Shown here piece after piece: positions 19,908 through 35,664 of a DNA stretch of 64,000 nt (its first letter is position 1; each line of letters opens with the position of its first letter). Where the stretch lies: assembly GCF_009914755.1 (NCBI RefSeq), contig NC_060928.1. The stretch is one strand, 5' to 3'. Position numbers and translations under genes: made by a program. The notes below the pieces were generated by a model that worked only from the letters and a program-made list of their open reading frames with translations, ran no database searches and had not been told where the DNA came from. The DNA is from the human T2T-CHM13v2.0 reference genome, Homo sapiens.

Positions 19908-20249
19908 TGCACCAGATCCAGTTTATCTGCCTCTCAAATCTTCTGCATCACGCCTGCCCAAGCCTGAGCAACTTGCTCTTCTTCCTCTTCGGCATGGCCC
20001 CAGGATATTCCCTGGCATAACTGTGATTGTCTGCTTGCTTCTGCCATCACCTCACCTTCTATCACATCTATCCCAGCCTCCCCTGAGGTGATGAAGGCCT
20101 GGCCTTTGCCCATTTGCTATCACTTGCACTGGGACAGGAGTTTCAGTAGCTCCAGTGCCCAGGTACCCCTGGATGGATTGGCTGTGTCTTAGAAGCTTTG
20201 CAGAGTGGCAGGAAGCACAACCTGGAAGTAAGAGGAGGTTAACACATGC
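19908..20249 (+). mobile_element. LTR16-like 3' LTR, truncated
   Basis: Begins tgcaccagatccagtt right after the PPT, resembling the 5' LTR start tatactgggcccagtt. Stops at gaggaggttaacacatg, where HSMAR1 sequence begins. Confidence 0.55.
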
Positions 20250-20881
20250 ATATTAAAGTCCAATTTTCGTTGCACATCACAATCCGATTGAGAAATGGTT
20301 CAGTGTTCTTGCATAGAACAAGAGAAGATGACACTTCAGCTCATGAGGCACCCACTTACCGAGTTTTTTCACCTTTACAATTTGCTTTAAACGCTGAACG
20401 ACTGTGGAATGGTCAACGTTGAGTGCTTTGTCAACTTCTAGTATAGTTTTAAGAGGATCAGCTTCAATGATTGCTCTCAGTTGGTCATTGTCAACTTCCA
20501 GTGGTTTGGCCACTATGCTCCTCATCTTCAAGGTTCTCATCTCCTTTGAAAAGTGTCTTGAACCACCACTGCACTGTACGTTCATTAGCAGTTGCTGGGC
20601 TAAAGGCGTTGTTGATGTTGTGAGTTGTCTCCACTGCTTTATGACCCATTTGAACTTGAATAAAAAAATCACTTGAATTTACTTTTTGTCTAACATCATT
20701 TCCATAGTCTAAAATAAACATAAAATAAATAAGTAATAAGTCATTAGCAAAAAACCATAAAGCAAGAAATGCCCATTAAACTGATGTATAATATAACCAC
20801 ATTTATCTGAGAGTGTATGCCAGTATCAAGCAGCAAATTCCAACAATGCAAAAACCACAATTTACTTTTGCACTCACCTAA
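20250..20881 (-). mobile_element. HSMAR1 mariner transposon, 5' ~630 bp (one TIR plus N-terminal transposase pseudogene)
   Basis: TIR ttaggtgagtgcaaaagtaaattgtggtttt at 20881-20851 next to TA, with the ATG at 20705. Frameshifted peptides MGHKAVETTHNINNAF..TANERTVQWWF and EVDNDQLRAIIEADPL..KKLGKWVPHEL match Hsmar1/SETMAR transposase. Confidence 0.93.
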
Positions 20882-20931
20882 TATATATATCTTAGTACAG
20901 TAAATCATATATATAGCTTATAAAAAATATA

Positions 20932-21367
20932 CATTTGACCCTGGAACAACATGAGTTTAAACTGGATGGGTTCACTGATAGGTGGATTTTCTGCCTCTGT
21001 CACCCCTGAGACAGCAAATAGAGGATTTGCTCCTCTACCTCCTCCTCCTCAGCCTACTCAACATGAAGACGATGAGGATGAAGACCTTGATGATGATCCA
21101 CTTCCACTCAATGAGTAGTAAATATATTTTCTCTTCCTTACGATTTTCTTAATAACATTTTCTTTTCTCTAGCTTACTTTGTTTTAAGAACACGGTATGT
21201 AATACATACACCATATAAAGTATGTGTCAGTTGACTGTATTGGTAAGGTTTCTGGTCAGCAGTAGGCTTTTAGTTGTTAAGATTTGAGAGATTCAAAAGT
21301 TATACATGGACTTTCAGCTGCACAGAGATTGGTGCCTCTAACCCCCGCATTGTTATAGAGTCAGTTG
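20932..21367 (+). mobile_element. Tigger2a (MER28) non-autonomous DNA transposon, complete
   Basis: TIRs catttgaccctggaacaac / gttatagagtcagttg with TA on both sides. Internal cagcctactcaacatgaagacgatgaggatgaagacc signature. Confidence 0.9.
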
Positions 21368-21995
21368 TACATATATTAAGGTTAATAATTTTTGACTGAA
21401 GGAAAGGTATAATAAAATATTTGGTATAAGCTAAAGTTAACCAGTGTGAGTTATTACTGTTGTTGTTGTAACATGGTGGACTAACATGATCAGATTATCA
21501 GTTTTACAAAAATAAGTACTGAGTTTGGGGGATACCTTGCTGGGTGGGGTGTTGGGGTTCTGGAGGCAGGAAGGCCAGTTAGGAGGTCTGTGATTTTTCA
21601 GTGCTGAGGATCCATTCTTGCTGCCTTCTCCCTTTTCCCCGGCGTTCTCAGCCCCGCCTAGATCTTTCTAACTTTCTGCAGAGGAGTTCATAAAGTAGAT
21701 GTGTTGCAATCTAGGGGACATTGATGGCTTTCCATTGTTTGCATTTAAGCTCTACAATTTCAGTTTGTTTAATGCAAAGTTCTTGCTATATCTTCCTACA
21801 GTTAATTGAGAAAGAATTTCTCTTTTATCTTGGTAACTTAAAAGAAAAACTTTATTTTTTAGAGCAGTTTTAGGTTTATTTTTGGTAACTTTTAAATGAA
21901 AAGACAACACACATTTTAGTTTTTTACCTCTTGTTATTTTTATCACGATGAGTGGCTCCTTTGTAGTTTGCATGACATCTGTTTTATAGTTCTAA

Positions 21996-22515
<520 letters not shown>

Positions 22516-23183
22516 TAATAGTGTTTTAACTTTCTAGAAATAGCTGAAAAGTATTTATAGAATATTTAAATACATAAGGAAAAGTTATGTCTCAGTTATG
22601 CTCTTGGGAAATTTTGAAATATTTTAATGACATTTAAAAATATTCTAATCACTTGCAAAGATACTTATCTAAATTAATTTTTATTTACTTGACTATTTTT
22701 TAAAATTTACTTAAAATATGGATTGATACTCAGGCAAATAAGTAGAAATAAAATGGATTTAATTCTATACCCTCTTTTCTTAGTGGCCGCTGGTTTAATA
22801 TTGTAAAATATGTTTATCCCAAAGTAAATGTGTTAGGAAAAACTAACCAAAATCGACCAGAAAGAAATCTCTTGTTTAAATAGATAAATTCTTGAACATT
22901 TAACCTTTCCCTCTTTCTTCCTTACGCTCCCTCTCCTGCCACCCCCACCCCACCCTAATTCCTCCCACTCCCACGTCTCTACTCCCTATTCATTTTCTGA
23001 AATGAATAGAGCATTCTTTATTTCCTAACCGCATCTTTGCTGGTTGCTTTAAAAACTTCTTTCTTCCTTTGATCAGTGGCCTAAGTTTTTCATTACTTGG
23101 CACTGGTTGATTTATAATATATTTTGAAAAGATGTATAAATGCTTAAGACACTAAGCTAAGTAGTTCCTCATTTATCTGGCAT

Positions 23184-23207
23184 ATTTGAATAATGCATTA
23201 TTCAAAT
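23184..23207. repeat. Perfect 24-bp palindrome
   Basis: atttgaataatgcattattcaaat equals its own reverse complement. Confidence 0.95.
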
Positions 23208-23592
23208 TAAGAGAAATTTTTCAGATAACTAAGTTTTACCTTTCTGACGATGAAAACATTTTAATTATCACTGATAAGCAACTTTAAAAATGCATGCTTT
23301 CTTGCCTTCTAAAAATAGATTATATTGAACATAAATTAATCTCTTGATTATTCTCATTATTAACATACTTTAAAAAACTCTTCTTTCTTAAGGATTACTG
23401 ATTTTAATGGGGCTGTTTGTCCCTTCTCTAAGTGTTCTCAGGGCTGATTTCTTCAATCTGTTTTTGGCCTCTGATTTTTGTCAGTTATTAGATGGCTGCA
23501 GTATTTTTGTCTCTAGTGGGCTCATGCCAAGTCCCCTTCTCTTCTCCTTCTATTCCCTTTCTCATCACTCTTTTTTTCCAGATTACAACATA

Positions 23593-23620
23593 ACACACAC
23601 ACACATACACACACGCACAC
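23593..23620. repeat. Imperfect (CA)n microsatellite
   Basis: acacacacacacatacacacacgcacac. Confidence 0.85.
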
Positions 23621-24127
23621 TTTTTGCTTTTTTTAGTACTTTGATCGCTTGAAAAATGAGAATTATGTCCAAAATGCCACAAAATAGGGCTTTAATCCGA
23701 AGTCAAGAGACTACTTTGAGTAAAATATCTAAAACTAATTGTATTTATTGTCTGGTATCCTTGTTACTGGTCTGTGGTCTTGTTTTATTTGCTTTACTTG
23801 ACGATGCTAGAGAGATGACTTTTTAAATTGTGACTTTATGTTAGTTGAGATGCTACTGTAAAATTATAACATTTAGATAGTTACATAAGAATTTTGAAGC
23901 AGAATTAATTATGGAGAAAATACAACTGTCTCCTTTACATAGTGTTCACCAAACACCCTTAGATATACAAAAGTTACCAGAAAAATTTCCAAAGCAACAT
24001 AAAGAAATTCTGCTTTTACTTTTTAGAAAATTACTGTCTCAAAGTAACGGCAGTGTTTAGATAGTCAGAAAAGAGGAAAAATATGGTATAATGATTTTCC
24101 AATAGAAGGATCTATAGAAAACTTCTT

Positions 24128-26535
<2,408 letters not shown>

Positions 26536-26591
26536 AGAAAACTTCTTATTGAAACATTTTTTTTTTTCAAAACTAGTTTGGCTCTGGATTA

Positions 26592-26888
<297 letters not shown>

Positions 26889-27081
26889 TAATGTTTAAAA
26901 GAAGTAAATACAATACCACTCCTGAGTACACTAAAATGGAGATTTAGATGACAACAAACAAGCAGCCTCGGACTTTGCTGTTTGAATTCTATATTTGGTA
27001 GATTCATACTGCATTTGTAAAAGTGGTGATATCTGGCATAGAGACGGTCAGCAAATTCAGTCAGGCCAACTTTACGTAAGC

Positions 27082-27385
27082 TTTTTTTAACTTTTTTTTT
27101 TTTGAGATGGAGTCTCCGTCTGTCTCCCAGACTGGAGTGCAATGATGCAATCTCGGCTTACTGCAACCTCTACCTCCTGGGTTCAAGCGATTCTACTGCC
27201 TCAGCCTCCTGAGTAGCTGGGATTACAGGTATGCCGCACCATGCCCAGCTACTTTTTGTATTTTCACTAGAGATGGGGTTTCACCATGTTGGCCAGGCTG
27301 GCCTCGGACTCCTGACCTCAAGTGATCTGTCCGCCTCAGCCTCCCAAAATGCTGGGATTACAAGTGTAAGTCACCATGCCCGGCC
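27082..27385 (-). mobile_element. Alu (AluSx/Sz-type)
   Basis: Full antisense Alu ending catgcccggcc. Confidence 0.96.
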
Positions 27386-28098
27386 TAGGTTTACATAACC
27401 TTTAAAAAATACTATCTGATTCTGCAGATGTGTCATGTACTTAGTAGTGTTTAGGTGAAATCATGTTTGTGGGTTTAGCTCCATCTATCAAATGGTAGAC
27501 TTTGTAAAATCACAGAGTTGTGACAGATGTTTGTGGCATCAAGATGTTTCTGAATAGCATGGACAGTTAGTGTTAATATTGAACAAAATCTATTCTAAGC
27601 CTTTCTCAGATCATCTACAAAGAGGAAATTATTTAAACCTTTGAAAAGAGGTTCTTAATTTTTTTTTTTTAAGTTTGAAGTTGAGTCAGGATCAGGACTG
27701 AATGAATGGAATAAGAGAAATTATTTAAGTATTTCTTGTATATTTTTTAACCTCATTAAAGACAGAAATTTCCCCATGAGGTGTTTTGTGTGTGTGTGTA
27801 TGTGTGTGCTTTCAGTTCTTGTATGTTGCCTATGTGTCTTTGCTGAGCTTCCTCAAGTTTCTAGTGACTGTATATTTCCAAAGATTATTTTCCAATGTCA
27901 TTCAAAATTGTTGTGGGTGTTAAGGAGGCAACAACAAAATAAGCTCGAAGATAATTTTTGTGTATTTTTGATTTATCTTTGATTTGTAATTATAGTCAGG
28001 TATAATAGAGTTTACTTGTTTATTTAAATATTAAATGTAGTATGGAAGGGTATAGTTTGGCCTCTGTTGGAGTACTCAGAATTCAAGAGATACATATG

Positions 28099-28451
28099 TG
28101 TATTAGTCTGTTTTCATGCTGCTGATAAAGACATACATAAGACTGGGAAGAAAAAGAGGTTTAATTGGACTTACAGTTCCACATGGCTGGGGAGGCCTCA
28201 GAATCATGTAGAGGGTGAAGGGCACTTTTTACATGGCAGAAGCAAGACCGAATTAGGACGAAGCAAAAGGGGAAACCCCTGATAAACCCATCAAATCTCG
28301 TGAGACTTATTCACTATTATGAGAATAGCAGGGGAAAGACTGGCCCCCATGATTCAATTACCTCTCCCTGGGTCCTTCCCACAATATGGGGGAATTCTGG
28401 GAGATAGAATTCAATTTGAGATTTGGGTGGGGACAGAGCCAAACCATATCA
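28099..28451 (-). mobile_element. THE1 (THE1C-like) MaLR solo LTR
   Basis: tgtattagtctgttttcatgctgctgataaagacatac...gggtggggacagagccaaaccatatca, with TG..CA ends and flanks atatg/atgtg. Confidence 0.92.
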
Positions 28452-28743
28452 ATGTGTAAGAGAGAAATATAACTTAGTTCAAATAATTATTTCTTTATTT
28501 CCAGAATAGGGATTTATCTTAAATGTGCTAAGGGAATTTTAAAAGAAATATATATATTGCTGAAGTGTCTATTCTATAAACTGAGGTAATGTGATTGCGA
28601 AGGTGTTGTAGAAAAAACGATTTAACGAAATATTAAATATGACTTTGAAAAGTGCTGGGAATTTTTGAGGCAAATATTGTCAACAACTTTGGGTCTGGTG
28701 ATTAAGAGTTCAGTATATTCACATTGTCCTGGGTTGGACTATG

Positions 28744-28942
28744 TAGTGTTCCCCAAATTTACCTAAATAACAAGGCTCCCCTGATGGGTGGAATTTGCGT
28801 GTGTGTTTATGATTGTGAAAACACATTTCGGACCTTTGCTGAAGAAATTCTTGTGGAGTAGGGTTGGGGTGGAGCCCATGAATTTGTATTTTTAGCAAGT
28901 ACTCTAGATGATTCTTATTATTAAACACATTTGGGAAACACT
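28744..28942. mobile_element. MER5-type hAT-Charlie MITE
   Basis: Inverted termini agtgttccccaaa / tttgggaaacact and internal atttgtatttttagcaagtactctagatgattctt. Confidence 0.65.
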
Positions 28943-30320
28943 CTCATGGGCTAAAGAATTAGATTGTCAAATAGCTTCAGACCCCAAAATTATTGACTGC
29001 AGCTGTCAGACAATACTCAGACTATTTGATGAGGACTGTTTGCCATAGTAGTTAGTGGATGAGTTTATAACATGGATCCTGGGAAATAGCTTACGGCATA
29101 TAATGCACTGTTTCTTCATCGTAATAGTATTTATTTAATATTTAAGATCTACCATTGTGTTTACCACTTACAGCATTTGTGATTATTATTTTGTTTGCCT
29201 CATCTAATTTTAATCTTATTTATAGATGAAGTTGTGACTCAACTAGGATCAAATTTAATGAGTGGTAGAGGTAAGATTTAAACCCAGAGAGTCTGTTGTC
29301 AGAATAAGCATTCTTAACCAAAATATTGATATATTATGTGCTTGGATTCTCACTTCCTTTGATAAGCGTTTGCAGTCCTAAGGTCCTCAACTCCAGCATC
29401 TCTGTAATCGGAAAGCAATTCTGGTAAAAGTTGGTGCTGACTGTTGCAATTTGTATGAAGGGACTGCTGCTACCACTCCCAGTATTAAATGTGTCCCACA
29501 GCTCTCAAAGAATTCATCAGCATGAAGAGAAACATAAAGTAGCCTGATGTGGTGCTAATGTATCCCTTACTCTCAGTTACAGTTCTCCAGTTAACTGAGT
29601 TTCACTTAAGACCACCACATCATCACCACCCAAAGAAATCTGATCACATCCAGCCTCTTAACAACCATTTCCTTGCTCCCACGGACGTTTACTCAGAAGC
29701 CAGGCAGCATCGTCCTTCATATGTGTTTTTACTACTGACAGACCTTCAGCAGGTTGAGCTGCCTTAGTCTTAGGTGATAACATTTATGGTGACATCTGCC
29801 AGTCAGGCAGAGGTGCAGAAAGGAGAGTTTAATCAGGGCTCTGATAAACTGAGGTGTTGACAGTGGGAGAGATTGAGAGTTGCAGAATGTTATTTACCCC
29901 TTGAGTCTTCAGGATTATAAATCCTGAAGGCTTCTTTTCTCTTCTTCTTTACTCTCCCTTCCCCGCAGTGTTTTCAAGCAGGTTCATTAGTCTTAGTCTT
30001 GAGAATCTGTTTACCTGTGTTGCTCTTTCAGAAAGCAGCATCCAGAGAACAAAATAGAAGACAGGCAGTCTCCTCAGCAAGATACTTGGCTAAATATGAG
30101 TCAGCGTGGTTGCTAACCCAAACCTTCCTGTTGAGAATCCCAGGAGTGCGTTAGTGTGTGTTTCTTGGATAACCCCCATAAAGGTTTTCTCTCTAACCCA
30201 GTGAAGCAAATGAAAAACAATGGCTAGCCCTCATAGTATACTTCTGGAATGTAATTTTTCAATGCAGCCTCCCCCTCACTCATACTAGATGAGAACTTAT
30301 TCTCTGTGTTGCTCTCTTGA

Positions 30321-30722
<402 letters not shown>

Positions 30723-30767
30723 AACTGTGTTTTTAATTCATGATTTTTTTTCCCTCTTTTGTTTTGA

Positions 30768-31109
<342 letters not shown>

Positions 31110-32379
31110 TTCAGTGGGTGTCACTTTTTAAAATTATGATTCAATCAGAATAGTGTAGTATTTTTGATTGGGACAAGCGTTCTCTATTTATGTAGAACTA
31201 CAGGGTGATCCCCAGTTTTTCTTGTCATTTGCCTCTGTCTTTTTCAGCAAAAGACATTCTTTCATTACTGTGTCTACAGAAAGAAATTCTGTTTTCAGTG
31301 CCTCATTGGCTAGATTAAGCCAAGATTTACTGTTTTAGAAAGATTTACAAATACATAAGTCAAGATCATTTGTGCAGGAAGAGCTTTTGGATTCAGATGT
31401 GAGATTTTGTATTTGTTTATAGTTGAATGTGTAGGGGATGATTTATTTTATGCCATTTCAAGGATTGGTAAAACAGGGATTGGTAAATTGCCAAGTGTAG
31501 AAATTTGTGTAAGAATTATTTAGATATTTACTTATGGTAGGAAGCAAAATATTTTAGGGTCTTTACTATTTTTTTTTTTTTTTTTTTTGGTCAGCAAGTG
31601 GCCTTTTAGTGAAAAAGACAAGGACTGTTAAGCACCTAATATGAGTCCAGCACTCTTGTGGACTAGGTGGGCAGCTGTGAAGGATGAGGTTGGCATGCCT
31701 GCCTTGTCTGGCTTGCCCCTGCATTTCTTTATCTGTGTGACCTCAGGCCAGTCTTTTGCCATCTTTGGACTTTGGTGTCCTCAGCAGTAAAATGGAATCC
31801 ATTATGTCATGAACACTTTGCCTTCCTCTTTGGATTGTTTGGAGGGTCAAGAGAACCTGTATCTTTTAAAACTATAAAACAATTATCTAAAAATTATTTG
31901 GTGATATTATTACTCATGATTTTTGATTTAGCCACTGTCCTCAAGGAACTTTTGATTTGTGTGACAAAGGTTTATATAAAAACAAATGTTTAGAAAGCAG
32001 TGTAAAATAGGATACAACCTATTGTGGTCCTTTCTTAAGAGTTATGCATTTTATAGGAAATCAGGAAAAGAAGAGATGGGTATAGGTAGATTAGTCAGAG
32101 GAGGATTACAGGATAAGGTGGGATTTGAGCTAAATTTTTAAGCATGCTTAGGACAGAGGGTGTGAACAGAGACCTAGACCTAGAGCAGAGAATGATTTCA
32201 CCCAAGTGCCGTGGAATTGAAAATTGTCTGCCTTCATATGTCCTGTGGTTCCTGGGACTCACCACCCCTTCCTGCCTTCTTGCCCTTTGCACATAATAGT
32301 TCTTCTTCATGGAATTCTCCCCGACTCCCACTTCTCTTTCCAGTCCAGTGTCATATGCCTTATGACAGATCATCACCCT

Positions 32380-32505
32380 GGTGGTAAGAAACTACTACAA
32401 CTAAATACAAAACAGTTCTTGTCCCCAGGGAAACTATTCCTCTCAGCTAAAAATAAACAAAATAACCCTACCCATTTGATCAATGCCTTAGTATACATTC
32501 AACCC
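32380..32505 (+). repeat. 126-bp inverted copy of 33134-33259
   Basis: Manual ungapped alignment to the reverse complement gives 117/126 identity. Also visible as the shared peptide GGKKLLQLNTK..PGKLFLSAKNKQNNP in ORFs 32224..32538(+) and 33119..33460(-). Confidence 0.97.
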
Positions 32506-32561
32506 CTTACTGGGTGGGGTTGTGGCCATGCCAGTTAGAGCCGACAACCAAAGAGAAATCA
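32506..32561 (+). repeat. 56-bp direct copy of 35609-35664
   Basis: cttactgggtggggttgtggccatgccagttagagccgacaaccaaagagaaatca vs cttactgggcagagttgtggccatgccagttagagcctacaaccaaagagaaatca, 52/56 identical. Confidence 0.97.
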
Positions 32562-33133
32562 CCGTCACTGCACAATTAAGCCTGCCCTCCTCTATCTTCC
32601 CTACCATATCTTCTGGAAGATTCCATCACTTATCACACTTAACATTAGCTGCTGTTAGATAAGGTGCTAGTGGTTTAAATGTGTCATTTCATTTTGTCAT
32701 AACAACTTCATGACTACTATCTATAGTACTATTATTCCTATTTTGTAAATAATAATAAAACCCCTGACACTTTGGACATTTAATTTGTCCAGGGTTCTGC
32801 AACTAATAACAGTTACTGGAACTTGAACTAACCCTTAAACTAAAACTTAAACTAAGTTTTTTTGCATACAAATATAAAAAAGTAAGACAAACATGGGCTT
32901 AGGAAACTTTCCTTATTCTTTCTTCCCTGGATTTTGCTGAGCAGTAGATAAAATGAAGTTTACGATTAAATAAATAAAGTAAATAATTTGAGAGAGTTAA
33001 CAGTTAATTAACAGTTAATTGCCTCAGGTTTTCAAGAATATATTTTCTCTTTCCACTGTGAGACGTTATACTGTGTAAACAAAAGAATTATTTATTCTAA
33101 GGATTCTGTTATTTCACTTTATATTTTATAAAT

Positions 33134-33259
33134 GAGTTGAATGTATATTAAGGTGTTGATTAAATGCATAGGGTTATTTTGTTTATTTTTAGCTGAGAGG
33201 AATAGTTTCCCTGGGGGCAAGAAGTGTTTTGTATTTAGTTGTAGTAGTTTCTTACCACC
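33134..33259 (-). repeat. Partner (probable donor) of the inverted repeat at 32380-32505
   Basis: Its reverse complement matches 32380-32505 at 117/126. Confidence 0.95.
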
Positions 33260-34990
33260 GTTGTGGTGAAAGACAAGTGCTGTAGACATGGCATTTACTG
33301 GGTGTTTGACTGCTTGCTTTCTCCAGGTCATGGGTTCTAGCTGAAATCTAAGCACTTGTGTTGAGAGGAGTCTGGCGTAGGGCTGTGACAGCAGCACTGT
33401 TCCCATTGACAGCAGGGCTTCCGAGAGGCCTGGGTAGGCTCCAAGAGCTTCCACATCCACCGGGAGCTAAGCAAACTGCTCTGCCTCTGGGAAACTCCTC
33501 AATGTTTGTTTTGTTTTTTAGGGATCTTTGTCATCCCAGGAGTCCAGGCTAGCTTAAAATTATCTTTGTCCAGGGAGGTCAATGAAGAGAGAGATGAATA
33601 AGGTAAAAATAGAGAAGGCGTTGTGGTGAATGTGGCATTTTTGCTGAACTTTAAGGGATGGTAGAGTTTACTTAAGTACATTGCATGGAGGACATAAGCA
33701 AAGACTTAGAAGTGATACCATATGGAGTATCTTAGTGGAAGTTTTGATAGAATTAGAGGAAAATGTTTCATGGGGTCACAAAATTCACTTAGGTTACAAT
33801 TTAGATGCACAGAGAAAAGTGTATTATTTTATGTATAATTGATCTGGACTTTCTAATAAGGCTCATTTATTCATTGCTTCCTAGGGAAAAAAAGTCACTG
33901 TTAAATCAGTCTGGATTAAAAGTAGACTGAGTCTATAATTTACATAATCTCTTCAGGTAATAATTCTCTCTAGGGAATGTTGCTCATCTCTCAGTTATCT
34001 CATGCTTTTTTGTAGCTCTTCTCCAAGATGGGGAGGTATGTGGGATAGTGGGCAGGACAGAGGTGTGGAGTGCAGAGTATTGACCTTGTGCTCACTGTTC
34101 CTCACCCTTCTCTCTGGGGCATCGTTTCTTGTTCTCCTAGTTGCTGAATGCCGTATTGACCTCCAGTGCTCATGGTTGCAAGTGATGAACTCATGGTCAG
34201 TTCTTCTTCATTTCTCTCATTGAGTACCCCCTGGCTGATTCCAAGCCTGTCTTTGGCTGTTGCGGGACCATAGAAACCTTGAACATCTGGCTGTGACTCC
34301 CATTTGGTATTGGCCTGAACATTCCACCTTGCAAACCTTATTCTAAAGCTACCTCAATTTATGGCAGTGATTTCCCTCTGAGAAGCTTCCTGGCAAGATT
34401 TTTAGTTAGATCTGGGTTGGTTCTACCCTGCACAGTAATCTGGCACTGTTCAGGAATGCTAAAACTCTGTATCTCCTCTGCCTGACCACATTGTGGTTTA
34501 CATTGATGTGACTCCACCCCCAGTGTTAGGGGTAGCCTAAGACTCTCCAATGGAAAATGGAGCTCCGGTGAGTAGGGTGGGACTGTTGAGAAGTGGAGAG
34601 TTGACACGTGTCTACTTATGTTTCTTTCCTTTCTTCTCTTTTATTTTCCTCACAACTATTCTAATATCAAAAATGGGCAGAATGCTCTTCTTCTTTCTCC
34701 TAGGTCGTCTTTATGTATAACTAATAAAATTTAGCTCGGCAGAGATGGGAAAGAGAGGATAAAGGGGTAAAAGTTTTATGCAATCTGTTCTCAACATAAT
34801 TTGATTTGCAGAGCTCTTGTTTTGATGCAGTATCTTATTTTCCGAATGTCAGAAGTTGAATATTTCTTCTTTCTTGGTCTTTGCATATGCATTTCTTCTA
34901 GATAAATCTTAATCTCCCCAAAGTAGAAGCTTGGGCCATATTTGGGGAAAGGTCATGTGCTTAAAAAGTAAAAAGAAAAAAAACACATTA

Positions 34991-35295
<305 letters not shown>

Positions 35296-35608
35296 AGCAC
35301 ATTAACATTTTATAATATATTACAAGTAATAAAGAAGTGACAGATAACATTGACCCAGTTCCTTTGAACCATACTTTTCAAACTGTATCTTGTAGGATTG
35401 ATGAATAGGAAGTTTAAAATTATTCATTTTAAAATGGGATATCTGCCTCTTGGGGAATCACAACAAATACTTGTTTATTAAAGATTCTGAGAAATTGTGC
35501 GGTAGGAAAAGAGGATCTGTTAAATCTTGACTGTGAAGCTTGTAAAAAAATTGTTAAATATCTATTGATTTCTAATAGAAAATAGTTTTTAACTATGGCT
35601 GTACCTAT

Positions 35609-35664
35609 CTTACTGGGCAGAGTTGTGGCCATGCCAGTTAGAGCCTACAACCAAAGAGAAATCA
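35609..35664 (+). repeat. Partner (probable donor) of the direct repeat at 32506-32561
   Basis: 52/56 identity to 32506-32561. Confidence 0.95.

Larger units (their letters stand above)
32240..32640 (+). mobile_element. L2 3' remnant interrupted by a templated insertion
   Basis: gccctttgcacataatagttcttcttcatggaattctcccc before the insert and tgccctcctctatcttccc..cacttatcacact after it both resemble the L2 3' region. Confidence 0.5.

Noticed and set aside
20277-20721. SETMAR gene or an active mariner transposase
   Set aside because: It is frameshifted, truncated before the catalytic domain is complete, and has no SET domain.
30010-30155. Possible coding exon after ttgctctttcag
   Set aside because: The two longer frames stop within ~40 codons, there is no convincing donor, and I recognise no protein.
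32224-33460. Two ORFs sharing a ~40-aa peptide, read as paralogous small genes
   Set aside because: The similarity is confined to the 126-bp DNA inverted repeat, and the rest of each ORF is unrelated with no coding signal.
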